From positions 241,442 through 305,441 of the forward strand of contig CAVPSQ010000003.1 of NCBI GenBank assembly GCA_963708455.1: DNA of 64,000 bases, in the 5' to 3' direction. Position 1 is the first letter of the stretch; each line of letters starts with the position of its first letter. The notes under the pieces were generated by a model that searched no databases, was not told where the DNA came from, and worked only from the letters and a program-made list of their open reading frames with translations. This DNA comes from an uncultured Pseudomonadota bacterium (GTDB lineage Bacteria > Pseudomonadota > Gammaproteobacteria > Competibacterales > Competibacteraceae). Both the position numbers and the translations under genes were made by a program. Of this stretch, positions 1-9,729 are shown in pieces.

Positions 1-201
1 CGGTTCCAGGAGATGCGCCACCACCAATACCGTGGCTCCACATCCCAGACCGATGCTGATAAATCGCTGTTCACCATAGGTGGCTCGATCATCTTCCCGA
101 CTGATCACAAAGCCCTCGAAAATCAAGGCGGCATCCGCAAAAGATACCTTATGTTTTTTAAAGTTAGTTTTTGTTTTGATAGGGTCGAAAGAGATGCGCA
201 T
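1..201 (-). CDS. brnT: BrnT-family (DUF497) toxin; its 3' end runs off the window
   Basis: Own minus-strand translation from the ATG at 199-201: MRISFDPIKTKTNFKKHKVSFADAALIFEGFVISREDDRATYGEQRFISIGLGCGATVLVVAHLLEP... This fits the BrnT pattern (N-x2-KH-x-VSF-x2-A ... GE-x-R ... VL-x-VV). It is missing from the ORF track because no stop lies inside the window. Confidence 0.7.
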   Translation of the reverse strand, partial: MRISFDPIKTKTNFKKHKVSFADAALIFEGFVISREDDRATYGEQRFISIGLGCGATVLVVAHLLEP

Positions 202-302
202 GGCTTAGATTATACATATTTCATGCACGGGGCGCAGCGCCGTAGGGCAGGTTTGCTTCCTCCCGACTTTAAATATCAAAAGTATTCACCAGACAAGACG
301 AT

Positions 303-3300
303 ATGCCAAAACTACGCGATATCTTCGATCTGCCCGAACAGGTGCACCAGGGGGATTTCGTCCTCCGGTTGACGGACGGACTGAACGCCCCCGCCGAAAC
401 GGTGCGGAACTACATCGCCACCCCGCAACTGGTGAAATGCTTCGATCAGGCTTTGGGTGTCGTCAAGAGCGCCATCGACAGCGGGATAAGCAAGGGCGCT
501 TATCTGCATGGCAGCTTCGGCGCCGGCAAAAGCCATTTCATGGCGATCCTGTCCCTGCTGCTGCGCGGCGACCCGACCGCGCGCGGCAAGCCCGAACTCG
601 CCCCCGTCGTTTCCAAACATAACCCCTGGACCCAGGGCAGAAAATTCCTGGTCGTGCCGTACCACATGATCAATGCCGAAACGCTGGAAGCGGCGCTGTT
701 CTCCGGCTACGCCGAACTCACCGCCAGACTCCACCCCGACGCGCCCAGTCCCGGTTTCTATCAAAGCGAGGGCATGCTGCAAGATGCCCGGACGCTGCGC
801 GCCAGCATGGGTGATGACGCCTTTTTCCAGCGCTTGAACGCAGTGACAGGCAGCGCGCCGGGTGGCGGCTGGGGCCGGATCGCCCAAGCCTGGACCGTGC
901 CCCGGTTTGAAACGGTGTTACAGGCACCTCCCGGCAGCCCCGAGCGGTTCCAACTGGTGGGCGCACTGACCCGGGCGTTCTTCAGCACCATCAGCCACCT
1001 GTCCGCCGCGCAACGGGAACTCTATACCTCGCTCGACGAGGGCCTGGCGGCGCTGTCGCAGCATGCCCGCGACCTCGGCTACGACGCCGTTATCCTGTTC
1101 CTGGATGAATTCATCCTCTGGCTGGCGAGCCGGGCCGCCGATGCCGCCTGGATCACCCGCGAAGGGCAGAAAGTGGCCAAGCTGGTGGAATCGGGCAACG
1201 CCGACCGCCCTGTGCCGATCGTCAGCTTCATGGCGCGGCAGCGCGACTTGCGCGAGCTGGTGGGCGAACACCTGCCCGGCGCAGAGCAGTTGTCCTTCGC
1301 CGACACCCTGCAATGGTGGGAAGCCCGCTTCGACAAGGTCAACCTGGAAGACCGCAACCTGCCCGAAATCGCCAAAAAGCGACTGCTGCGGACCCGCGGT
1401 CCCGCCCAGGACGTGCAACTCAAGAGTGCTATCGACAAGCTGCTGAGCAGTCAGCCGGAAGTCCTGCAAACCCTGCTGACCCGCGAAGGCGACCAGCAGA
1501 TGCTGCGGGATCTTTATCCTTTCACCCCGGCCCTGGTGCAGACCCTGATCGCGGTCTCCTCGATGTTGCAGCGTGAACGCACCGCGCTCAAGCTGATGCA
1601 GCAGATGCTGGTGGATAAAGCAGACCGGCTGGAGCTCGGCGATATGATTCCAGTCGGCGATTTGTTCGACGTGATTGCCCAGGGCGACGAACCGTTCACC
1701 CACGGCATCAAGCTGTTTTTCGAACAGGCCAGGCAACTCTGGCGCCGCCGGCTGTTGCCGATCCTGGAACTGCAGCACGGTGTCAGTTGGGAGGACGTCG
1801 AAGCCGGCACCGCCGATCCCAGGAAAGCCACGGCGCTGCAAAACGACGCCCGCCTGCTGAAGACATTGGTGCTGGCCGCTCTGGTGCCGGAAGTGGAGGC
1901 GCTGAATAACCTCACGCCGACCCGACTGGCCGCCCTGAATCACGGCACCATTCGCACACCGGTTCCCGGCAGCGAGGGCAGCGCCGTCCTGATCCGGTTG
2001 AAGCGCTGGGCCGGTCAGGCCGGCGAAATCAAGATCGCCGACGATTCGCCCAATCCCATCGTGACGGTAGAGGTCGCCCGGGTCGATACCGACGCCATTC
2101 TGGCCAATGCGATGGCCTTCGACACCCAGGGCAATCGCCAGGCCGAGGTGCGGCAACTGCTTACCGATGGGGTGGGGCTGACCGATACTGCGTCGAGCCT
2201 GTTGCCGCCGGAACTGGAAATGACCTGGCGCGGCTCGCGCCGTCGCGCCGAAATTCTGTTCGGCAACATGCGCGAACAGTCCGACGACACCCTCAAGGGG
2301 CGCGAGGGTATCTGGCGAATTCTGGTCGATTTTCCATTCGACCAGCCCCCGCATGGGCCGAAGGACGACGACGCCAGAATCGACGCCTTTCTCAATGAGG
2401 GCCTTGTCGGCCGGTCGCTGGCCTGGCTGCCGTCTTTCCTGGCGCCGAATACTCAGGATCAACTGGGCCGTCTGGTCGTGATCAACTTCGTGCTGCGCGG
2501 CAATAATCTGGATCAGTACGCGGCGCATCTGTCGCAAGCCGACCGGGAACAGGCGCGCATGCTGCTGACCAACCAGCGGGATCAACTGCGCCAGTTCATG
2601 CGCAATTGCCTTTATACCGCTTACGGACTGAACAGCATCGCCCAGGAGACGCTCGATCCCGTGCACACGGTGAAGGAGCACTTCCGCAGTCTCGATCCGT
2701 CGCTGAACCTGCGTCCGCCCGTGGCGGCCGGCTTCAAGGACGCCTTCGAGAAACTGCTGGAGCAGGCCCTCGACTGCGAGTTTCCGGCCCACCCTCACTT
2801 CGAGGCGGAGCCGCGCCCCAGCGCCGTCAAGCGTCTGGCCGGCTGGCTGGTGCTGGCCGCCCAGCAGCCGGCGCAGCGGGTCGAACTGGACGCGGCGCTG
2901 CGGGATGACGCCCGGCGGATTGCGCCGAAGCTGGAACTGGCCGAAGTCGGCGAGGCCGCCCTGCAACTGCGCAATGACTGGTCGCAGCATTTTGCCCGCC
3001 AACTGGCGCAACAGGCGGCGCGTGACCCTACGGTGGGCGACTTGCGCCGCTGGCTCGATATGCCGACGCCACGGGGTCTGCGCGAGGATCTGCAAGACCT
3101 GGTGATTCTGACCTGGCTTGCCATCACCAACCGCGCGCTGTACCGCTTCGGCCAGCCGTTCCAGGGGGAGGTGGGCAAACTGCCCAATGAGTGCGAGGCG
3201 CGGGAGCAACCCTTGCCGACCGCCGAAATCTGGGAGCGGGCGACCCGCTTGGCTGGCGATCTGCTCGATCCGGCGATGGTGGGACTTTACCGCTCGGCCC

Positions 3301-3971
3301 CTGGGCTGGGAGAGTTTGCGCGGGTCACCCGCAAGCGCATCACCGAGATGACGCCGCACCTGTTGAGCTATCTGCGTGCCATCGAACCACTGCTGAGCCT
3401 GGTGCGCACCGCTGAGGTGGCGCCAGCGGAGCCGCCGCTGCGGCTGGACAGCGCCAAACGCCTGCGCGACTGGCTGGTCGGAATGGAAGCTTGTAAGGCG
3501 GAGATCGAACTGGTCAATCGGGTGGCAGCGCTCGACCTGACGACGGAGGAAGTCGCGGAGGCCAAGGCGGTGCTCGGCGCCGTGCAGTCGCTCGCGCGGG
3601 TGGAAGCCGAGCACCACCTCGTGAACAGTCTGCAAACGATTGCCGATGGCGGCGGCGAGTTCGCTCTGCAGGCCAACCAGATTCTGGAGAAACTGGCGCA
3701 TGCCGTGCTGCGCTACGAGTATGTCGCTGCGTTGCAGCCGGCGATGGCGCAATTCAAGCGGGATGCCGGCGAGTTTATTGCTACAGTCGCCAATCGGTCC
3801 AAGCCCAAATCTATTCACTCTTCCGATAAACCAAAGCCCGTGTACCAGATCGAACGGACGCGGCTGTCGCAGACCGACGCGCTGCAAGCGCTCGATGAAG
3901 CACGGCAGTCGCTCGAAGGGCTGAAGAACGCCAGCGTGGACCTTCAGATCGTGATCCGGCCGCAACCATGA
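303..3971 (+). CDS. pglY: BREX/Pgl-type large P-loop ATPase (PglY/BrxC family)
   Basis: 1222-aa ORF with Walker A GSFGAGKSHF near residue 70. The N-terminal segment DIFDLPEQVHQGDFVLRLTDG and the overall size are typical of PglY-like phage-resistance ATPases. The stop overlaps the start of a PglZ gene (ATGA at 3968-3971). Confidence 0.75.
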   Translation: MPKLRDIFDLPEQVHQGDFVLRLTDGLNAPAETVRNYIATPQLVKCFDQALGVVKSAIDSGISKGAYLHGSFGAGKSHFMAILSLLLRGDPTARGKPELAPVVSKHNPWTQGRKFLVVPYHMINAETLEAALFSGYAELTARLHPDAPSPGFYQSEGMLQDARTLRASMGDDAFFQRLNAVTGSAPGGGWGRIAQAWTVPRFETVLQAPPGSPERFQLVGALTRAFFSTISHLSAAQRELYTSLDEGLAALSQHARDLGYDAVILFLDEFILWLASRAADAAWITREGQKVAKLVESGNADRPVPIVSFMARQRDLRELVGEHLPGAEQLSFADTLQWWEARFDKVNLEDRNLPEIAKKRLLRTRGPAQDVQLKSAIDKLLSSQPEVLQTLLTREGDQQMLRDLYPFTPALVQTLIAVSSMLQRERTALKLMQQMLVDKADRLELGDMIPVGDLFDVIAQGDEPFTHGIKLFFEQARQLWRRRLLPILELQHGVSWEDVEAGTADPRKATALQNDARLLKTLVLAALVPEVEALNNLTPTRLAALNHGTIRTPVPGSEGSAVLIRLKRWAGQAGEIKIADDSPNPIVTVEVARVDTDAILANAMAFDTQGNRQAEVRQLLTDGVGLTDTASSLLPPELEMTWRGSRRRAEILFGNMREQSDDTLKGREGIWRILVDFPFDQPPHGPKDDDARIDAFLNEGLVGRSLAWLPSFLAPNTQDQLGRLVVINFVLRGNNLDQYAAHLSQADREQARMLLTNQRDQLRQFMRNCLYTAYGLNSIAQETLDPVHTVKEHFRSLDPSLNLRPPVAAGFKDAFEKLLEQALDCEFPAHPHFEAEPRPSAVKRLAGWLVLAAQQPAQRVELDAALRDDARRIAPKLELAEVGEAALQLRNDWSQHFARQLAQQAARDPTVGDLRRWLDMPTPRGLREDLQDLVILTWLAITNRALYRFGQPFQGEVGKLPNECEAREQPLPTAEIWERATRLAGDLLDPAMVGLYRSAPGLGEFARVTRKRITEMTPHLLSYLRAIEPLLSLVRTAEVAPAEPPLRLDSAKRLRDWLVGMEACKAEIELVNRVAALDLTTEEVAEAKAVLGAVQSLARVEAEHHLVNSLQTIADGGGEFALQANQILEKLAHAVLRYEYVAALQPAMAQFKRDAGEFIATVANRSKPKSIHSSDKPKPVYQIERTRLSQTDALQALDEARQSLEGLKNASVDLQIVIRPQP

Positions 3972-6163
3972 AAATTCCTGCGCAGCAGATCGGCCTGCGC
4001 GCCAAACAGGTGCATGCAGCAGACAGCACGGCCAAGTTCATTCTGCTGCGGCTGCCATCGGACGCCTTCGATGAGGATACCGTCGCCGTCGAGGCAGCGC
4101 GCTGGCCGGTGGTCCGGTGCAGTTCGCCCCTGGCCGTTCGCGCCGCCATGCGCCGCCATGCCGACAGCGCGACTCCGATCGTGCTCCTGTTCGCTGGTTC
4201 GGAAAACGAACTGGGCGCAGACGTGCTGGCCCGTTGCGCCAAACGGCGCCTGTTCACTCATGATGTCTGGCAGACCGTATCGGCCCTGTTCCGGGCCGCC
4301 CAGATCGACCCCCGGCTGGCCCGGCATCGCTGGCTCGCCGAACTGCTGCTGCAGTTTATGCCGGCTGAAGGTTATGCGCCGGTCCGTTCCCTGGCGCTCG
4401 ACGAGGAGCGCGCCTGGAAGGAATTGTTCCGAGTCGTGCTGGGGTTCGAATCCTATCCTCCCTCCGTGCTGGAGCTGTTGCAGTGGGCCGGTGACGCCCA
4501 GCGGCGCGCATCGTTGCAACGGCTCGAGCCGGCAGCGCGAGAGGAAATCGTCCAACAGTTGCGGCGCTCGCTCGGCGACCTGGTGAGCCTGGTGGTCGCG
4601 ACTATCGACGCGCAGCGTGCGGATGATCTGCTTGCTTTGGTTCTGCTGTGTCAGTCGCTGGAGAAGGAGGATGTGTCTCTGGTGGCCATTCAGGCCCAGG
4701 TGGCGGCACGGCTGGAAGTGCTGTCCGGCGGATTAACGCTGACGTCTACGCTGATTGCGCAACTTGCCACGGCGGCGGATGACTGGTTCGAGCGAGCCTC
4801 CGCAGCGGCCAGGGAACGCCAGCTCGATCGGTTCGAGAGCCTGGTCGCTCAGGTAAAAGCCGAACCCCTTACCGTGCAGGCGCGCTATGGCGCGGCGGCA
4901 TTCGGCGAAAAATTAAAGCGCTTCGCCGCCGCGCTGCGGGAGAGTGACTGGCCCGGTGCTCAAGGGTGGCTGCAGGCGGTGGCGGCGCATCGGGGTCCGA
5001 CCTTGAGCGAACCGCGCCGGGTTCGCTGCAACATGGCGCTCAGGCTGCTGGGCTGGCTGACGTCAACCAGCGGCGACTATCCTGCGTCCCTGTCCTTGCT
5101 GGCTGGCCAGTATCGCACCGAAATCGCCTGGGTGGACTGGGCGCAGACCGTGCTGCTCGAAGGCGACGATTCGCCAGAACTCGCCACCGCCTTCGCCCGG
5201 TTGCGTGACGCGGTCCGGCAGCGCCGGGACGACTTCGATCGGCGGTTTGCGGAACGGCTGCGCACCGATAGCCCCGATGGACATACCCTGATCGGCGTCG
5301 AACAGGCGCTGGACCGGTGCGTGGCTCCGGCAGCGGCGGCCGGTCGCATTCTGTTGCTGGTGATCGACGGCATGAGTCTGTCGGTGTTTCTGGAATTGCA
5401 TCACAGCCTCGAGGCGCACGGCTGGCGCCAGTACGAGCGCGCTGCGAATCCTTACCCGACGCTGCTGGCGATGCTGCCCTCGATCACGGCAGCGTCGAGA
5501 GCGTCACTGCTGTCCGGTAAAGCCTGCGCCGGTCCGGCGGCTGCAGAGCGGGCAGCGTTTAGAACGCATGCCGCTTTGGTGAAAGCGTCGGTCGCGGGGA
5601 AGCCACCGCTGCTGTTTCATAAAAAGGACCTGCTCGACAGTTCCGGCCTGACCTTGACGGCTGACCTGCGCGCCGCCATGAGCGATACCCGGCAGCGGGT
5701 GGTCGCCGTGGTCATCAACGCGGTGGACGACCATTTGCTGAAAGCGGACCAGCTCCGGCTGCGCTGGGATCTTGATCAGTTCAAGGGGCTGGACGCCCTG
5801 CTGGCCGAGGCCGACTCGGCCGGGCGCACCGTGATCTTCACCAGCGATCATGGCCATATTCTGGATCAGGATACGGAGTTAGGCGGGTCGAGCCCCAATG
5901 CCCGCTGGCGCGCACCCGATCCGGAGTCGCATCCGGGAGAAATCCGGCTGAGCGGTCCACGGGTGAAAGCGGCCAGCGGTCTGGACGAGGTTATCCTGGC
6001 TTGGCATGTCCGACTGCGTTACGCCACCCGCCGCAATGGCTACCACGGCGGCTGCTCGCCCGCGGAGGCGCTGGTCCCCATCGCGCTGTACAGGTACGGG
6101 AGCAGGGCAGGGGGGGAATGGCGGGTTAGGGAAGAGATTTGCCCCGCCTGGTGGCCTGTCTGA
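3968..6163 (+). CDS. pglZ: PglZ-domain (alkaline-phosphatase superfamily) protein of BREX/Pgl systems
   Basis: 731-aa ORF. Motifs LLLVIDGMSLSVFLEL and VIFTSDHGH in the C-terminal half are characteristic of the PglZ domain. It is translationally coupled to the upstream ATPase. Confidence 0.8.
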   Translation: MKIPAQQIGLRAKQVHAADSTAKFILLRLPSDAFDEDTVAVEAARWPVVRCSSPLAVRAAMRRHADSATPIVLLFAGSENELGADVLARCAKRRLFTHDVWQTVSALFRAAQIDPRLARHRWLAELLLQFMPAEGYAPVRSLALDEERAWKELFRVVLGFESYPPSVLELLQWAGDAQRRASLQRLEPAAREEIVQQLRRSLGDLVSLVVATIDAQRADDLLALVLLCQSLEKEDVSLVAIQAQVAARLEVLSGGLTLTSTLIAQLATAADDWFERASAAARERQLDRFESLVAQVKAEPLTVQARYGAAAFGEKLKRFAAALRESDWPGAQGWLQAVAAHRGPTLSEPRRVRCNMALRLLGWLTSTSGDYPASLSLLAGQYRTEIAWVDWAQTVLLEGDDSPELATAFARLRDAVRQRRDDFDRRFAERLRTDSPDGHTLIGVEQALDRCVAPAAAAGRILLLVIDGMSLSVFLELHHSLEAHGWRQYERAANPYPTLLAMLPSITAASRASLLSGKACAGPAAAERAAFRTHAALVKASVAGKPPLLFHKKDLLDSSGLTLTADLRAAMSDTRQRVVAVVINAVDDHLLKADQLRLRWDLDQFKGLDALLAEADSAGRTVIFTSDHGHILDQDTELGGSSPNARWRAPDPESHPGEIRLSGPRVKAASGLDEVILAWHVRLRYATRRNGYHGGCSPAEALVPIALYRYGSRAGGEWRVREEICPAWWPV

Positions 6164-6169
6164 CATCGT

Positions 6170-6586
6170 TTATTCCCCCTGTACGGTCAGCGTCAGCCGG
6201 CGGCGGTGCGGGGCCAGACGATGCTCCCAGAGATAGACGCCCTGCCAGGTGCCCAGCGTACAGCGTCCGTTGGCCAGCGGCAGCGTCAGGCTGTTCTGGG
6301 TCAGAATGGCGCGCACATGGGCGGGCATGTCGTCGGGTCCTTCGTTGTCGTGCAGAAACCAGGCGGCGCCGTCGGGAACCAGGCGGGCCATGAACGTTTC
6401 CAGATCCTGGCGCACCGCCGGATCGGCGTTCTCACATAGAATCAGCGAGGCGCTGGTATGGTGCAGAAAGAGATGCACCAGACCGGTGCGCAGGCCGGCG
6501 GCGCGAACGCTGTCCTGCACCTGCGCGGTGATGTCGTAAGTTCCCCGACCCTGGGTGGCGACCGTGAAGCTGTGCTGGCTGATCAT
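6170..6586 (-). CDS. YjbQ/UPF0047 family protein
   Basis: 138-aa ORF with conserved family blocks: HLFLHHTSASLILCENADP, MPAHVRA, LGTWQGVYLWEHR. Confidence 0.8.
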   Translation of the reverse strand: MISQHSFTVATQGRGTYDITAQVQDSVRAAGLRTGLVHLFLHHTSASLILCENADPAVRQDLETFMARLVPDGAAWFLHDNEGPDDMPAHVRAILTQNSLTLPLANGRCTLGTWQGVYLWEHRLAPHRRRLTLTVQGE

Positions 6587-6639
6587 AAGCAGGGATTGGG
6601 TTGACTGCGGTGGATGGTTTCGATTCGTTCCAATGCCGG

Positions 6640-6876
6640 CGGCGGCAGCCGCGCTGTTTAAGCCACTCGCCGATATAGCGCTCGGTCAATCCCTGGGTCT
6701 GGGCGCGTGGCGGCACCGGGTATCTCGGCGGTGTCGATGAAATTAATGCCCTGCTCCAACGCATAATCCAGTTGGGCGTGGGCTTCGGCTGCGCTGTTCT
6801 GTTCACCCCAGGTCATCGTGCCCAGGCAGATGCGACTGACCTTGAGATCGGTATGGGTGATAAGCTGGTAGTGCAT
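6640..6876 (-). pseudogene. Remnant of a Tas-like aldo/keto reductase (about 77 N-terminal codons, frameshifted, rest deleted)
   Basis: MHYQLITHTDLKVSRICLGTMTWGEQNSAAEAHAQLDYALEQGINFIDTAE in one frame continues as YPVPPRAQTQGLTERYIGEWLKQRG in a second frame. Together these match the N-terminus of Tas-type AKRs. No further AKR sequence follows before yjbQ. Confidence 0.7.
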
Positions 6877-6993
6877 GCAATGTCCTCGAAGCAATCTGGA
6901 AACAGTCCCGTTCATACGGAACCCGATTATAATCCGGCGGTCGATTTGCAAGACCCTGACAATTACCGCCGTTTACCGAGATCGAACCACATC

Positions 6994-7785
6994 ATGATCA
7001 ACAAACCCTCGTTAACCGCTTTACTGGCGCTCACCCTGACCAGCTTCTGCTATGCGCCTGCCGGCTTTGCGCAGCAGGGCGCTGAACTGGACAGCCTGCG
7101 CAAGGACGTCGAAACGCTCAAAGAGAGTCAGCAAGGCGTCCAGAAAGATCTGCAAGAAATCAAGCAGTTGCTTCAGCAGGCCCGGCAGGCGCCAGCGCGC
7201 ATGCCACCGCCGGTCGAGGCCATCAACGTCTCCCTCAGCATCGCCGGCAGCCCACTGAAGGGTGACAAAAACGCCAAACTCACCCTGATCGAGTTTTCCG
7301 ACTATCAGTGTCCCTACTGCAAGCGGCACGAGCAGGCTACTATGCCGCAGCTCGAGAAGGATTACATCGAATCCGGCAAACTGCGTTACGTGTTCCGCGA
7401 CTTCCCTCTGGAGGCCCTCCACCCCGACGCCTTCAAGGCGCATGAAGCCGCTCATTGTGCCGGCGACCAGGGTAAATACTGGGAGATGCACAATCAGTTG
7501 TTCAACGGCTCGCCGGCTTTGCAGTTGGACAAACTGCCCGGTTACGCCGCACAACTGGGTTTGCAGGCGGACCCGTTCCGGCAGTGCCTGGAGTCCGGCA
7601 AATATGCCGAACAGGTGCGTAAGGATCTGGATGAAGGCCAGAAACTCGGCGTGCGCGGCACCCCCACGTTTTTCCTGGGCGTGACTGAGGGCGACGAGGT
7701 AAAGCAGGTCAAAGCGATACGGGGTGCGCACCCCTTCACCGTCTTCAAGCAGGAAATCGACGCTCTGTCGGCCGCCAAGCCCTGA
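6994..7785 (+). CDS. DsbA-family thioredoxin-fold protein with signal peptide and coiled-coil linker
   Basis: Start chosen at MINKPSLTALLALTLTSFCYAPAGFA (a signal peptide), in frame with ORF 6772..7785. CPYC active site in FSDYQCPYCKRH. The C-terminal GTPTFFLG block is typical of the DsbA family. Confidence 0.8.
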   Translation: MINKPSLTALLALTLTSFCYAPAGFAQQGAELDSLRKDVETLKESQQGVQKDLQEIKQLLQQARQAPARMPPPVEAINVSLSIAGSPLKGDKNAKLTLIEFSDYQCPYCKRHEQATMPQLEKDYIESGKLRYVFRDFPLEALHPDAFKAHEAAHCAGDQGKYWEMHNQLFNGSPALQLDKLPGYAAQLGLQADPFRQCLESGKYAEQVRKDLDEGQKLGVRGTPTFFLGVTEGDEVKQVKAIRGAHPFTVFKQEIDALSAAKP

Positions 7786-7812
7786 GGCGCTGCGCAGCGT
7801 TCAGCCGGCATC

Positions 7813-8922
7813 TCAGGTGAACAGACTCAGCACGCCCGTGTAGCCATACAGTCGGTTGTGGCAAATTTCGCCGTTGGCGAAGAAGCCCACCAGCGGAATA
7901 TCGCCCAATTCGGCGCGGATCAGCCGCAGCTCCTGGGAATCGGGTCCGAACAGGTGGCGGCCTCGTCCCAGGCAGGAGTAATATACGCCTCCTCTGGCCG
8001 GACCGGGCAATTGCCGGCGCAGTTCCCGCACCATGTGCAGCAGATCGTTGCGGGCAGTGTTGCCGTCGCGCCGGCAGAACAGCAGCCTCTGGCCGGCGGC
8101 AACCTGCTCGCCGATGGCGATGCGGCCCGTGCGCAGATCCAGCCCCAACAGATTGCGCACCAGATAATCGCCGTCTTCGGCGACCGGCAGGCCGGCGAAA
8201 ATATAGCCGGCGATCCGTTTCGGGTCGCGCGCCAGAATTTCGCCGATATCCTCGTACAACACCTCCAGGGCTGGCCGGTCGTCGATGCGGCGGATGATAT
8301 TCAGGCGGCAGTCGGTAATCCGCCGCACCGGACCGAGCGGCGCACAGCCCTGGGTCAGGCCGGTTGTGATGCGCACGCTGGGGGCGAACAGCACGCCGGA
8401 TACGCTGCCCTCGGTGAGCGTATCGGCCACCTGAGCATAGACGCCCTCGGAGGACGTCAACCCGCCGGTGAAAGCAGCGCCCGGCACTTCCCTGGCGAGT
8501 TGCGCCAACAGCGCCATAAAGGCCGGATTGCGGGGGTCTGCATGGAGGATGCCGGCATGATAGCGATGGCGCAGATACCAGCCGCTGCAAGCGGCGCTGA
8601 GCGGCTCCAGGCTGTCGTACAGGTCGGGAATGATGCAAAAGCCGTCCTGCGGAAATTCACCCAGCAGGACCGCCAAGGCCGGCGTTGCATAATATTCCTG
8701 CCCGGTGCAGTTGATGCCCACGCCCACACTGCCGACCCAGTGATCGACGGCCGTGGCCTGTTTCAGCTTGGCCAGGATGCCGCCCAGATGGCGCGCCAGG
8801 GCGGTCGTAACATAGATGAAACCCAGGTTGGCGCCGCCGACCTCGCCGAGTTGCCGCAGACAGGCGTCGCTGAGGCTCAGCCAGTCCCTGCCGCTGGCGT
8901 GGGCCATGATAAACCGCTGCAT
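7813..8922 (-). CDS. FIST-domain signal-transduction protein
   Basis: 369-aa ORF. Its length and blocks (GFIYVT..., HWVGSVGVGI..., PLVGFFANGEI near the C-terminus) fit the FIST_N/FIST_C architecture. Confidence 0.65.
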   Translation of the reverse strand: MQRFIMAHASGRDWLSLSDACLRQLGEVGGANLGFIYVTTALARHLGGILAKLKQATAVDHWVGSVGVGINCTGQEYYATPALAVLLGEFPQDGFCIIPDLYDSLEPLSAACSGWYLRHRYHAGILHADPRNPAFMALLAQLAREVPGAAFTGGLTSSEGVYAQVADTLTEGSVSGVLFAPSVRITTGLTQGCAPLGPVRRITDCRLNIIRRIDDRPALEVLYEDIGEILARDPKRIAGYIFAGLPVAEDGDYLVRNLLGLDLRTGRIAIGEQVAAGQRLLFCRRDGNTARNDLLHMVRELRRQLPGPARGGVYYSCLGRGRHLFGPDSQELRLIRAELGDIPLVGFFANGEICHNRLYGYTGVLSLFT

Positions 8923-8924
8923 GT

Positions 8925-9626
8925 TTAACCTCGCTTCAGCTTCAATCCCGTCAGCATCTGCTGAAAATCAGACTCCCGGACACGGTGCCCCAGGTGCTCG
9001 CCCCGTCGCTCGAACCGGGTGATGGGCCGGCCGGCGAGCCGGTCCGCAAGCCGGCCGCTGCCAGCGGCGTTGCGGAAATGGCTGTCGGCCTCCACCACCG
9101 CCAGGATATGCGCGGCATAGTGCTCCCAGTCGGTGGCCAGATGCAGACAGCCGCCCGGCCTGAGCGCGCGGGCCAGCAGCCCGACGAAAGCCGGCTGGAT
9201 CAGGCGGCGCTTGTGATGGCGACGCTTGGGCCAGGGGTCCGGAAAAAATATCTGCACCCGCTCCAGGCAGGCCTCGGGCAGATGCCTGTCCAGCGCCTCC
9301 ACGGCGTCCATGCACAACACCCGCACATTGTGCAGCGCCAGCCGCTCGGCCGTCAGCAGCAGATGGCCCACGCCGGGGCGATGGGTTTCCATGCCCAGAA
9401 AATCCGCCTCCGGTTGCGCCTGCGCCATGAGCGCCAAGGCTTCGCCGTCGCCGCAGCCGATCTCCAGAATGCGCGCCGCCGGGCGGCCGAACACAGCGTC
9501 CAGATCTAACCAGCCCGGTGGCGGGTCGATGCCATACTGTCCCCACAGAGTGGTCAAGGCCCGTTGCTGTCCTGCGGTCAGGCGGCCTTCCCGGCGGACG
9601 AAGCTGCGAATGCGGCGTGGCGTCAA
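8925..9626 (-). CDS. trmB: tRNA (guanine-N7)-methyltransferase
   Basis: 233-aa ORF with IRSFVRREGRLTAGQQRAL at the N-terminus, SAM motif LEIGCGDGE, and FFPDPWPKRRHHKRR, all typical of TrmB. Confidence 0.9.
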   Translation of the reverse strand: MTPRRIRSFVRREGRLTAGQQRALTTLWGQYGIDPPPGWLDLDAVFGRPAARILEIGCGDGEALALMAQAQPEADFLGMETHRPGVGHLLLTAERLALHNVRVLCMDAVEALDRHLPEACLERVQIFFPDPWPKRRHHKRRLIQPAFVGLLARALRPGGCLHLATDWEHYAAHILAVVEADSHFRNAAGSGRLADRLAGRPITRFERRGEHLGHRVRESDFQQMLTGLKLKRG

Positions 9627-9729
9627 TCCAGACCTCTTGTGGGCTGAAGTAAAGCGCTGCGGAATAGCGTAATATGATGATTGACTATACCCAAGCGGCT
9701 TGATTCCCTACCTCTGTGAATGAGCAACC

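Noticed and set aside
13-372. A 119-aa plus-strand ORF at the window start.
   Set aside because: It overlaps the BrnT gene in antisense and runs into the pglY start. It has no motif support, and the minus-strand BrnT reading explains the region better.
918-3965. A 1015-aa ORF antisense to pglY, plus similar long antisense or alternative-frame ORFs elsewhere (312..887, 7858..8928, 11208..12410, 12361..13647, 24009..26600, 28283..29605, 39498..40775, 50136..51428, 53740..54714).
   Set aside because: These are typical stop-depleted shadow frames of GC-rich coding DNA. Their products are Arg/Gly/Pro/Ala-rich and low in complexity, with no recognisable motifs. In each case the opposite or other frame encodes a protein with strong family signatures.
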